DNA of 64,000 nt, taken from positions 2,470 through 66,469 of the forward strand of contig NW_021837038.1 of the NCBI RefSeq assembly GCF_006345805.1. Reading direction: 5' to 3'. The DNA comes from Octopus sinensis (lineage: Eukaryota). Position 1 is the first letter of the stretch. Each line of letters opens with the position of its first letter. A program made the translations under genes and the position numbers. This document shows, piece by piece, positions 1 to 9,666 of the stretch. The notes under the pieces are model-generated. The model saw only the letters and a list, made by a program, of their open reading frames with translations. It had not been told where the DNA came from and did no database searches.

Positions 1-463
1 TTCATTGTCTCTTACCTGTTTGTGTCTGCCTTCCAATTGCTGTGTTTTTACTGAGATCTCCCTTTTTAGTAGAAGAAATAGCTATAACTCTTTGACTGCT
101 ATTTCTAAATTCGGTATGTGGTAAGGCAATTCATTGCTAAACCCTTTATTGCTTAGTATTACTTAAATTTTCCTCGAATGAGGCTTTTACATGCCGAAGA
201 CTACTTGGTGTAATTGATAATTATTCCAAATTAATTAATTTCACCCTTCATTATTACGGAGAACCATATTTTATCTCAGTAGATGACCACAGCATCTTGT
301 TTTGGCTACACGCGGGTGGGAAGGGGCTGGTGACACAATCTTTTCATTCACACTTTGAATTTGGTGATACTAGTTGCGGATTCTAGCTCGCTCTGATACT
401 GAGTTGAGTTGGTGCCTTCTAGTATCTCAAAATTCAATATATAATCATTTATGATTATAGTAT

Positions 464-563
464 TCTACGCTGAAGAGAAAAGAAGTTTGGGTAAGGTAGA
501 ATTATTTGATATTTAATTCTTATGCTTTCCTAAAAACTTGATTTCGAAACGTGCGTCCGTAGA
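464..563 (+). ncRNA. Type I hammerhead ribozyme motif (repeat unit 1)
   Basis: Stem I TCTACG (464-469)/CGTAGA (558-563); core CTGAAGA 470-476; long stem II GAAA-AG-AAGTTT...AGAATTA/TAATTCT...AAACTT-GA-TTTC; GAAA 546-549; stem III ACG-TG-CGT; GUC cleavage triplet 555-557. Confidence 0.8.
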
Positions 564-1057
564 TAACTTAAAATTGTATGATAGATTGCCGTCAATTCAT
601 TCTCTCTTACCTGTTTGTGTCTGCCTTCCAATTGCTGTGTTTTTACTGAGATCTCCTTTTTAGTAGAAGAAATAGCTATAACTCTTTGACTGCTATTTCT
701 AAATTCGGTATGTGGTAAGGCAATTCGTTGCTAAACCCTTTATTGCTTAGTATTACTTAAATTTTCCTCGAATGAGGCTTTTACATGCCGAAGACTACTT
801 GGTGTAATTGATAATTATTCCAAATTAATTAATTTCACCCTTCATTATTACGGATAACCATATTTTATCTCAGTAGATGACCACAGCATCTTGTTTTGGC
901 TACACGTGGGTGGGAAGGGGCTGGTGACACAATCTTTTCATTCACACTTTGAATTTGGTGATACTAGTTGCGGATTCTAGCTCGCTCTGATACTGAGTTG
1001 AGTTGGTGCCTTGTAGTATCTCAAAATTCAATACATAATCATTTATGATTATAGTAT

Positions 1058-1157
1058 TCTACGCTGAAGAGAAAAGAAGTTTGGGTAAGGTAGAATTATT
1101 TGATATTTAATTCTTATGCTTTCCTAAAAACTTGATTTCGAAACGTGCGTCCGTAGA
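1058..1157 (+). ncRNA. Type I hammerhead ribozyme motif (repeat unit 2)
   Basis: Identical to 464-563; core 1064-1070, GAAA 1140-1143, GUC 1149-1151. Confidence 0.8.
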
Positions 1158-1432
1158 TAACTTAAAATTGTATGATAGATTGCCGTCAATTCATTCTCTC
1201 TTACCTGTTTGTGTCTGCCTTCCAATTGCTGTGTTTTTACTGAGATCTCCCTTTTTAGTAGAAGAAATAGCTATAACTCTTTGACTGCTATTTCTAAATT
1301 CGGTCTGTGGTAAGGCAATTCGTTGCTAAACCCTTTATTGCTTAGTATATATATATATATATATTGATAAAACGGTAAGATAACAAAAGAAAGAAAGAGA
1401 CCTCAATATTATGTAAATAGAGGAAATTTATC

Positions 1433-1610
1433 TATACAATATGTTACATTACTCGGTAGTCTAAAACTCTGAGTTTCAGATGCCGAAGTGGAAATCCACA
1501 ACACCATCTCTTCGGTTATCTGGCTAGATAACCGAAGAGATGGTGTTGTGGATTTCCACTTCGGCATCTGAAACTCAGAGTTTTATCTTGACTACCGAGT
1601 AATGTAACAT

Positions 1611-1618
<8 letters not shown>
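1433..1618. repeat. Near-perfect inverted repeat (~89/93-bp arms, 4-nt loop) built from a PLE-terminus-like sequence with an HHR-like motif
   Basis: 1433-1521 is the reverse complement of 1526-1618 except for 4 extra nt (1586-1589) in the right arm; flanked by (TA)n. Confidence 0.9.
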
Positions 1619-1661
<43 letters not shown>

Positions 1662-1751
1662 GGAAAGTTTACGACAATAAACAAAAGACGAAGGCAGGTG
1701 GAGTACAAACAACCAGATGTATTAGTATAACGCTCAGGAATAGAAAAAAGT

Positions 1752-1787
1752 CTTTTATGTTTCGAGCCTACGCTCTTCGACAGAAAG
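1752..1787 (-). ncRNA. Variant hammerhead-like motif (CUGUNGAA family) in a short (TA)n-anchored repeat
   Basis: Minus strand reads CTTT-CTGTCGAA-GAGC-GTAG-GCTC-GAAA-CATA-AAAG; cleavage-site G mutated in this copy. Confidence 0.35.
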
Positions 1788-1840
1788 ATACACCGAAAAA
1801 AACAGGGAGGTGTATGTATTTTTTTAAAAGTTTGTTTTCT

Positions 1841-1889
<49 letters not shown>

Positions 1890-2548
1890 CATATATCAAA
1901 TGTGAGGATAAAATTCTTTTCGAAAAAAAATATTTTCTCGAAAACAACTTTATCAATGGCCAGCATATTAAAAAATACCTTTAACTGTTAAATTTATAAA
2001 CAATTCATAAATGAGGGCAAAGGAAAAAATTTCTAATGCCAAATATGCCGAAAAATTGGACATATTGTCCATTAACCATACAATGTTTTCACAATACGCA
2101 CGTTACCCAAAAAAAAAGGTCGACAGAAATTTCTAAAAAATTCCATTATTACCATATCGGACCGATTTCAGAGTTAGCTACTAAGAGCCCTCTCTTCGTC
2201 AGTGATACATGTGGCAAAAGAAATAAATGAGATACTCACTCATACCCATGGAAGAAGAAAACACTAAGTCACGGGCACAACTAAGTACTCCAAATACATC
2301 CAAAATAGAAATACTCCAGCCCATTCGAGGCAAGTGCGATTTGAACTGAGGCTCTCACAGAGTGAGTTAGTTCGGAAGTGAACGCTTAAATTTATATCAA
2401 ATGTGAGGATAAAATTCTTTCCGAAAAAAAATATTTTCTCAAAAGAAACTTTATCAATGGCCAGCATATTAAAAAATACCTTTAACGATTAAATTTATAA
2501 ACAATTCATTTCCTTTGCCCTCATTTATGAATTGTTTATAAACTTAAC

Positions 2549-2584
2549 CTTTCTGTTGAAGAGCGTAGGCTCGAAACGTAAAAG
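2549..2584 (+). ncRNA. Variant hammerhead-like motif (CUGUNGAA family)
   Basis: CTTT-CTGTTGAA-GAGC-GTAG-GCTC-GAAA-CGTA-AAAG; same repeat family as 1752, 32036, 57327, each ending in (TA)n. Confidence 0.4.
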
Positions 2585-2706
2585 ACTTGTTTTATTTATA
2601 TTCCTGAGCGCCATACTAATACAATTGTTTGTTTGTATTCCACCTGCCTTCGTCTTTTATTTATTTTCATAAAGATTCCCGTTATATATATACACATATA
2701 TATATA

Positions 2707-2741
<35 letters not shown>

Positions 2742-2989
2742 GTATATATATATATATACATATATATATAAGTATGTGTGTGTATATCAGTTCCTCCTTT
2801 TTCCTTTCTGTCTATCTCTTCTTTTACATTACTATCACTCATCACTCTTATGACATTACCTGTCCTTCTTTTTCACTATATCTATTTCCCGCTTTCTATC
2901 TTTAGTCCTCTCCTTCTGTTCCTCATCCCGTCACCCTTCCTCGTTTCAGTTTATCTTGAGGTACATGTCTCCCCTTCCTCCTACTCTCA

Positions 2990-3115
2990 CACTTTACTAA
3001 CTCACGCTATCTCTAAACAAAGTTTATATCCTAGGAGACCCGTAAACGAAATTTGGAAGGATCATCCAGTGTCTGAACTACATGGACTATTAACAAAGAA
3101 TTAATTAAATCAGAG
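2990..3115 (+). other. Candidate non-coding first exon of ACOT-like copy 1 (start approximate)
   Basis: Follows a CT-rich tract and ends at CAGAG|GTGAGATATAATTAAT (donor 3116); the same donor context occurs upstream of copies 2 (9237) and 3 (51269). Confidence 0.6.
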
Positions 3116-3358
3116 GTGAGATATAATTAATTTACATACATTACCTTGTTTTTATTCACAATAGTAAAACGTTTAACTCGATTACAACTGTGACCTAACT
3201 TCTGTTGAACGGGTCGTGTTTTGACGGCAAAACTGCGCAATTGGGACTCGATACTGTTTCTGCATGAATGAATATTTTAAAATGAAATTTTGGCGATCTT
3301 TCGGTACAAGTACCACAACTGCCTATTACTTACTGTTTGTTTACATTTGAAGAAGATC

Positions 3359-3599
3359 GGGATCTTTTCCTTTTGATAGACGGAATTCAACACAATTTCT
3401 AGTTAAATAAACAATTTGAAACTTCGTACACTGGTAGAATGTGTCAAAAGAAAACATTATTTTCACTTGGCTTTTTTGATAAATTTGTAATTCGTTTGTT
3501 TAACGTAGTTTAATTTTTCGAATTTTAACCAATCCTATGCTCTCTCTTGAGCAAATTGAGAAATTGTGTTGAATTCTGTCTATCAAAAGGAAAAGATCC
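3359..3599. mobile_element. MITE with GGATCTTTTCC termini, nested in a related element
   Basis: ~40-bp TIRs GGATCTTTTCCTTTTGATAGAC(G/A)GAATTCAACACAATTTCT; flanked by GAAGAAGAT/GAAGAGGAT (9-bp TSD-like, 1 mismatch). Confidence 0.75.
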
Positions 3600-4414
3600 G
3601 AAGAGGATTCATCACTTTCCGTAAAGTTTTTTTTTCATATATGTGGGGTTAAGGTTAGGGTTTGGGATAGGGTTAGGAGTGGGGGAAGGGTTTCATTTTT
3701 CTTCAGAAATGTAAATAAACCCACGTGAGTTTATAATTGGCAGTTATGGTACTTTTCACGACACCAACGTTGTCCAAGGGAATACAGCTTGGCACCAGTG
3801 ATGTTGCAACTCATTTCTACAGCTCAGTGAACTGGAGCGACGTGAAATAAAATGTCTTGCTCAAGATAACAACACACAGCCCAGTGTCGGAATCGAACTC
3901 ACAATGTCATGACTGCGAACCCGACAGCAGCAGAATGTAAAGATTATTTTATGTAAAGTAAGAAGAATGTCGAAGTCATTTATAATAATTATTATTATAA
4001 TCGTTTTCTGCATCACATTCACTCGTACTATACTCATACACACTGTCACTTGTAGATGCGATTGCCGATTCACAAGCACTCGTAGACAGACTTGTAGAAT
4101 TCTTAGATCTTTTCGGTTTGAAAGGCAGTTTTTTAAAATAATTTCTACGTAACTAAACACTTTTAAACTTCGTATACTTGTAGAATGTGTTTATAAAACC
4201 TTCTTTTCTCTTGGCTTTATTGAGAAAATTCTATAGTTTGTAAGATAATTGTTGTTTTTTTCTTTAATTTCTGCAATTTCAACCAATCAATGACGTCTAT
4301 TGAGGTAAAAAAAAAACATTCTGTGCCGTATAAATATGTCCCTCGTTTAAGAAACATATTGTTTTTTTTTTTACACTTGTGAAGAAAAAAAAGATACCCT
4401 TGCCCCCACCCCAA

Positions 4415-4740
4415 AATCCTCCTTGCAAGGTTGAAGGGGATATTTGCTGTGATATGTCTCGAGTGGCATGAGCTAAATAGTAGGTATTGTTTAGTGTCTG
4501 TGGTCTTGTAAAATATGTCCGTTTCTACTTTCTGTTTATTTTTTAAACCCACATGTCTAGGAATGGGAGTTCCTCTTGGTTGTGATCCATCGTAAATTGT
4601 ATGTTGGTGTTAATGCTATTAAGGAGCTTTTGGAACTCCAAGAATTTATCTGATTTCATTCAAGAGAATGAAGCAGTCATCCAAAAATCTTTTCCAATTT
4701 TCTGTTATGTATTGGCAGGGGGTGTTCCGAATTTTGAATA
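4415..4740 (-). pseudogene. Penelope-like element reverse transcriptase fragment (catalytic motif to thumb), frameshifted
   Basis: Minus-strand translation WKRFLDDCFIL (FLDD at 4676-4687) / LNSINTNIQFTMD..EELPFLDM / ETDIFYKTTDTKQYLLFSSCHSRHITANIPFNLARRI matches PLE RT motifs; two frameshifts. Confidence 0.85.
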
Positions 4741-4744
4741 TGAC

Positions 4745-4820
4745 TCCTGATATGTTAAATTACCTACCAGAAAAGATCAGGAAAGAAACATTCATGGCCT
4801 CATTTGATGTGATAGACTTC
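4745..4820 (+). pseudogene. Inverted PLE RT fragment (SFDV motif)
   Basis: Plus-strand DMLNYLPEKIRKETFMASFDVI abuts the minus-strand RT fragment. Confidence 0.65.
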
Positions 4821-5961
4821 AAATGACACAATTATACACAACTCTGTCTATTATGCTACTAATAATACACATACTACACAAACAAAGTTTTACAGTAAAT
4901 GAATCGACCGAGATCGAATTACAGGTCAAAAGCAATTTTCAAAAGATTGAAAATTCAGATCAAAAATACAGGTCAAGGAAATAAACAACAAATCAAAAGT
5001 CATAGGCACGCACAACGCTTTAATCCTACTGCTCATAACACAAATTGTCCCAAAACTAGAACAAATAAGCCAAACAACAAATATAAGTATCTTGATTTAC
5101 TCTGGGACAACCCAGTCCATAGTTCATTAGGGAATTTGTTGCTGGTTCAGGCAAATGTTTCTCAAAATCAAATAGATACCATGCTATTTTTAATAGACAC
5201 ACCATAAAGGTATCATGAGCTAACTCTATTAATTTAGAGCAGCATATGCACCAGATTAATAACACATTAATAACATGATAACGTTAATAAAATAATAAAA
5301 CTACATTATTGATCAACTGCTTAGTAAACAACTTACTGTAACTATAAGTTATATCGTGCGAACAACTTTCATTTCGACAAATAAAAAAAGACAACAAACG
5401 TATACACCAAGATACCAAGAAATGAGATATAAACCAGAATGAAAAATCACCTTCTGCAGCCAGACAGTGATGGGAGCAGTAATAGTGATAGAGCCTATAC
5501 CGTAACGGCGTCAGAAAATTATGACAGCACTGCCCTATATACAACTAAATCTAATAAATGCTTATGCAGGAAGACAACAAAATGCCCACTGATAAACCTC
5601 TGTATGAGTATGAATCTTGTATATAAGTGCACTGCACACACATTGAGAGGAATCCATGTTTATATTGAGGAAACATCTGATTTTTTCAAGAAATGTTATC
5701 GAAACAATGGTGCCAGCTTCAAGAGAATCAACAGAAGGCATTCGATATCTTTGGTTTTTCTTATCGCTTAAACAATCCCGATGACTTTACAAAGTTTTTC
5801 TTTTTTCCCCATTGATCCAACAACTGTAGTGATGGACATATATTATACAAACTTAAGCCACTCACGCATGTGTGACTATATATACATACATATGAAAATA
5901 CTTCTATCTCTGCTCTGTGTGCGTGCAATTGCCTCTTTGAATACATTTGTGTCCTGGAATA

Positions 5962-5992
<31 letters not shown>

Positions 5993-6164
5993 GGTGTATG
6001 TTTGTGTGTCCTGCTTCTATTTTATTCCTATGTTGATAAGTAATTAAAAATAACTGTTTTATTAACAAAATCTGTTTGTCTCAATCTTGAATTCTTATCT
6101 AAATCTCCCTATTTTATTTTTGTATTTCTTCTGCAGTCCTCCAAGTAAACACTGACCGAGAAAG

Positions 6165-7502
6165 ATGATCCTCCGTCCATCCTACAAACTACTCTCTGCT
6201 CTACGTCACATACCCAGCTACCCAACATTCTTATCCAGAGCGCTAGTTTCGGTAACAGTGAATCCAGAAAAGGGTTTGGTTGATGAGCAATTGTCTGTGA
6301 GTGTTTCTGGTTTGAAACCTGAAGAAAATGTCACAGTCAGTGCCACAATCGAACAGAGCTCAAAGAAAAGAGAAACCGTTTTCAGGTCTTTCGGACATTT
6401 CAAAGCTTCAGTTGACGGATGTGTTAATCTGGTCACTGACCCATGTTTAGCTGGGACCTACACTGGAATTGATCCCATGGGATTATTTTGGAGTATGACT
6501 CAAGTAGTTGGAAAACATGGTAGAATTAATATTGATGATGCCACCAAATCTTTGGATTACACTGTGATGGTCCACCCTGGTCGTATCTCACAACATTCCA
6601 ATCTTTTTTCTCATATTAAACCATTAGGAACAAAGTTGGTTCGACGATCGTTTATGAGATCTGGTGTCCGCAAAATCACAGTTAACTACGGAAGACTTCG
6701 GGGTAGTTTATTCATACCAAGTGACGAAACGACCAACAGACAACGGCGACGATATCCTGCTGTGATAGACCTGTTTGGTAATGTTGGTTCTTTGATAGAA
6801 TCCAGAGGGGCTCTGTTAGCGTCCCATGGATTTATTACTTTAAGTTTGGCCTATATTGCATATAAAGACTTACCTCCAATTGCCACAGAGGTTGATTTTG
6901 AATATTTCGAAGAGGCTATTGAGTGGCTTATTAACCATGAGCAGGTTTCCAGTGAGAAAGGTATAGGTGTTCTAGGGGCATCTCTGGGAGGGATAATAGC
7001 TGTATACATGGCGAAAGAGTGTCCGCAAGTAAGCGCTGTTATAAGTATTAATGGTCTCCCAAACTTCTTTATTTATGGTATCCGCCATAATGGTAAACAG
7101 GTGCCATATCGCTCTTCAACAGTCTATGGCCTTTCTGTAATGAAGGATGATGGATTTATAAGTACAAATTGGAAAATAGAGGAATCTAAGTCGTTTTATT
7201 TAGATGAGACTTCCCATAGTAAAGTACTGCTTTTAGTTGGTGGTGACGACAAATTATATGACACTAGTGACTATTTCTTCTGGTTCAACAACTTAACACC
7301 TGCGAAAAAAAGGGATGTTGAATTAATTATATACGAAGGTGCTGGTCACATCATTGAAGCTCCATACACACCATTGTTTAACCGTATTTATCATCCGAAA
7401 CTCGGGCAGCCTGTTATTTATGGGGGTTACCCTCAACAACATGCTGAGGCACAAGAAAAGTCCTGGTTAAAAATCAGGGAATTTTTTACCAAAAATCTAT
7501 AA
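6165..7502 (+). CDS. Acyl-CoA thioesterase / acyl-CoA:amino acid N-acyltransferase family protein (ACOT/ACNAT/BAAT-like), copy 1, 445 aa, single coding exon
   Basis: N-terminal ACOT domain (VDEQLSVSVSGL...GTYTGIDPMGLFWSM), GRLRGSLFIP, PAVIDLFG, nucleophile elbow GASLGG, GGDD, GAGHIIEAPY, HAEAQEKSW; acceptor TTTCTTCTGCAG ending 6136, 28 nt before the ATG. Confidence 0.95.
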   Translation: MILRPSYKLLSALRHIPSYPTFLSRALVSVTVNPEKGLVDEQLSVSVSGLKPEENVTVSATIEQSSKKRETVFRSFGHFKASVDGCVNLVTDPCLAGTYTGIDPMGLFWSMTQVVGKHGRINIDDATKSLDYTVMVHPGRISQHSNLFSHIKPLGTKLVRRSFMRSGVRKITVNYGRLRGSLFIPSDETTNRQRRRYPAVIDLFGNVGSLIESRGALLASHGFITLSLAYIAYKDLPPIATEVDFEYFEEAIEWLINHEQVSSEKGIGVLGASLGGIIAVYMAKECPQVSAVISINGLPNFFIYGIRHNGKQVPYRSSTVYGLSVMKDDGFISTNWKIEESKSFYLDETSHSKVLLLVGGDDKLYDTSDYFFWFNNLTPAKKRDVELIIYEGAGHIIEAPYTPLFNRIYHPKLGQPVIYGGYPQQHAEAQEKSWLKIREFFTKNL

Positions 7503-7867
7503 AAATTTCGACTGATTCTTATTGGTGTTTATATCAGTTTGCAATACATCAAATATTTATGATTGCACCTGTCAGCTTGATGCAGGGAATTCGCTAATTA
7601 TTTGATCACCATAATAATTATTTAATCTCCATAAATTAGCTATTTGTGCCGGTTGACCAGCAAAAAATTGCAGAAGCGTCTTTCTCACACCTGAAAGACT
7701 ACCAATATATTAGAGACAATAATACTTACGATGGATGTTTGCATTATAAAAGTAGGGGTGGTCACAGATGAGTTGATATCAGAAGGGCTAACACATTAGC
7801 CTATAAATTGGCGATGTCCGACCAAAATATTCTAGATGTTTTATATTCAAACTGGACACATTTAACT

Positions 7868-8175
7868 TCTCACACCTACCCTACAATGTCATTCTAAAAA
7901 TAAACAATCACATCATTGAAATCTCAAAGCTATGAGATAATGCATGATTAATTAAAAACAAGGCCAGATCCAGCCTCTCACATGTACCCTACAATGTCAT
8001 TCTAAAAATAAACAATCACATCATTGAAATCTTAAAGCTATGAGATAATGCATGATTAATTCAAAACAAGGCCAGATCCAGCCTCTCACATCTACCCTAC
8101 AATGTCATTCTAAAAATAAACAATCACATCATTGAAATCTGAAAGCCATGAGATAATGCATGATTAATTCAAAAG
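7868..8175. repeat. Three tandem ~110-bp fragments of the TTAA-MITE family also seen at 25879 and 26419
   Basis: CTCACACCTACCCTACAATGTCATTCTAAAAATAAAC...CCAGATC repeated three times; reverse complement of the MITE interior. Confidence 0.75.
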
Positions 8176-9099
8176 AATGTGAATTTATAAGCATCACAGT
8201 CAACAATAAATTGAATTCTAAAGAGTTGATGTCTATGGTTGTTACCATAATAATGTTTGTGATGATGACAGTGTGATAAAGATGCTAATAATGTCTATGA
8301 GGATGATAATGTTTGTAAAGTTGACATTGAAATAAAAAGATATTTATGTTTTTAACCTTTCGTTACCAAATTTTCATTGAAGCCTTGTGAGTGGATTTGG
8401 TAGACGGAAACTGAAAGAAGCCCGTCGTATATATGTATATATGTGTATATGTTTGTATGTCTGTGTTTGTCCCCCCCAGCATCGCTTGACAACCGATGCT
8501 GGTGTATTTACGTCTCCGTAACTTAGTGGTTCGGTAAAAGTGACCGATAGAATAAGTACTAGGCTTCTAAAGAATAAGTCCTGGGGTCGAGTTGCTCGAC
8601 TAAAGGCGGTGCTCCAGCACGGCCACAGTCAAATGACTGAAACAAGTAAAAGAGTAAATGTCCATCAACCACTTCCATTTATCATTCAGCTTGCGAAAAT
8701 AGACGTGTCACTGACCTTAAAGACATATAAAGTTACCCCCTTGTTCCATGTATTTCTTTATACCGGGTTTCCTGTCAAATGATATTACAGCCTTCTGAGT
8801 AGAGTCATATTACATGGAATACAACCTACTCATCCTAAAAATTTTAAGGTGTGATCTAAAATAAAGATATCCACTTCCTTCCTTCCTCTCTCCTTTCTCT
8901 CTATCTCTTCTCCACTTTTACATTACTTCCTCTCCTCGTTTTCTTCCTTCTTTTTCACTACAACTACTCTCTCTCTCTCCTCTTTTTACCTCCATTGTAT
9001 TTTAGCTCTCTCTCCTTTTCCTCATTCCATCACTCTTCCTTGTTTCACTCTATCTGTATCTACATTTCTCCCTTTCTCTCCTTCCTCTTACTCTCACAC

Positions 9100-9236
9100 C
9101 TAACGAACTCTCACTATCTCTAAACAATGTCAATATCCTCGGAGACCTGGTATAAGGCTTCTGGAAACGAACTTTGGAAGGATCATCCAGTGTCTGAACT
9201 ACATGAACAATTAAATAAGAATTAATTAAATCAGAG
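9100..9236 (+). other. Candidate non-coding first exon of ACOT-like copy 2 (start approximate)
   Basis: Paralogous to 2990-3115; donor CAGAG|GTGAGA at 9237. Confidence 0.55.
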
Positions 9237-9666
9237 GTGAGATATAATTAATTTACATACATTACCTTGTTTTTATTCACAATAGTAAAACGTTTAACTC
9301 GATTACAACTAAGACCTAACTTCTATTGAGCGGGTTGTGTATTGACGGCAAACCTACACAATTGGGACTCGATTCTGCTTCTGCACGAATTAATATTTTT
9401 AAATGAAATTTTCTACAAATATTCTTCAGATGGTGTAGACTCTGATCATATCGGAATTTGCAAAAAAGTTTGTTTTTTTTGTGGATGGGAAGAGGATGGC
9501 ATTCCTACAGATGTGTGCCCCACCTCTACTTTGTTGCCTCATAACTTACAGAAGGTTGTTTAAGGAAGGCCAGCAATTGCCCATGCATATCAGTTTCCCC
9601 TTTTCACGCCACCAACGTTGTCCAAGGGAATACAGCTTGGCACCAGTGATGTCGCAACTCATTTAG

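Larger units (their letters stand above)
1..1347. repeat. ~595-bp tandem repeat (at least 2.3 units, cut by the window start), each full unit carrying a hammerhead motif
   Basis: Unit start TTCATT(G/C)TCTCTTACCTGTTTGTG recurs at 1, 596 and 1190 with only a few substitutions; the third unit stops at a (TA)n tract at ~1348. Confidence 0.95.

Noticed and set aside
1757-2905. YIYI/IYIY-rich ORFs here and throughout (e.g. 27923, 41650, 63163)
   Set aside because: Translations of (TA)n/(TG)n microsatellites.
5056-6047. ORFs 5439-5771, 5284-5544 etc. repeated at 11315-11647 and 11160-11420
   Set aside because: Conservation reflects the recent segmental duplication of an intron; no recognisable motifs or splice structure.
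7491-7502. C-terminal -KNL / -ENL as a peroxisomal PTS1
   Set aside because: Not a canonical PTS1 and not conserved between the two intact copies.
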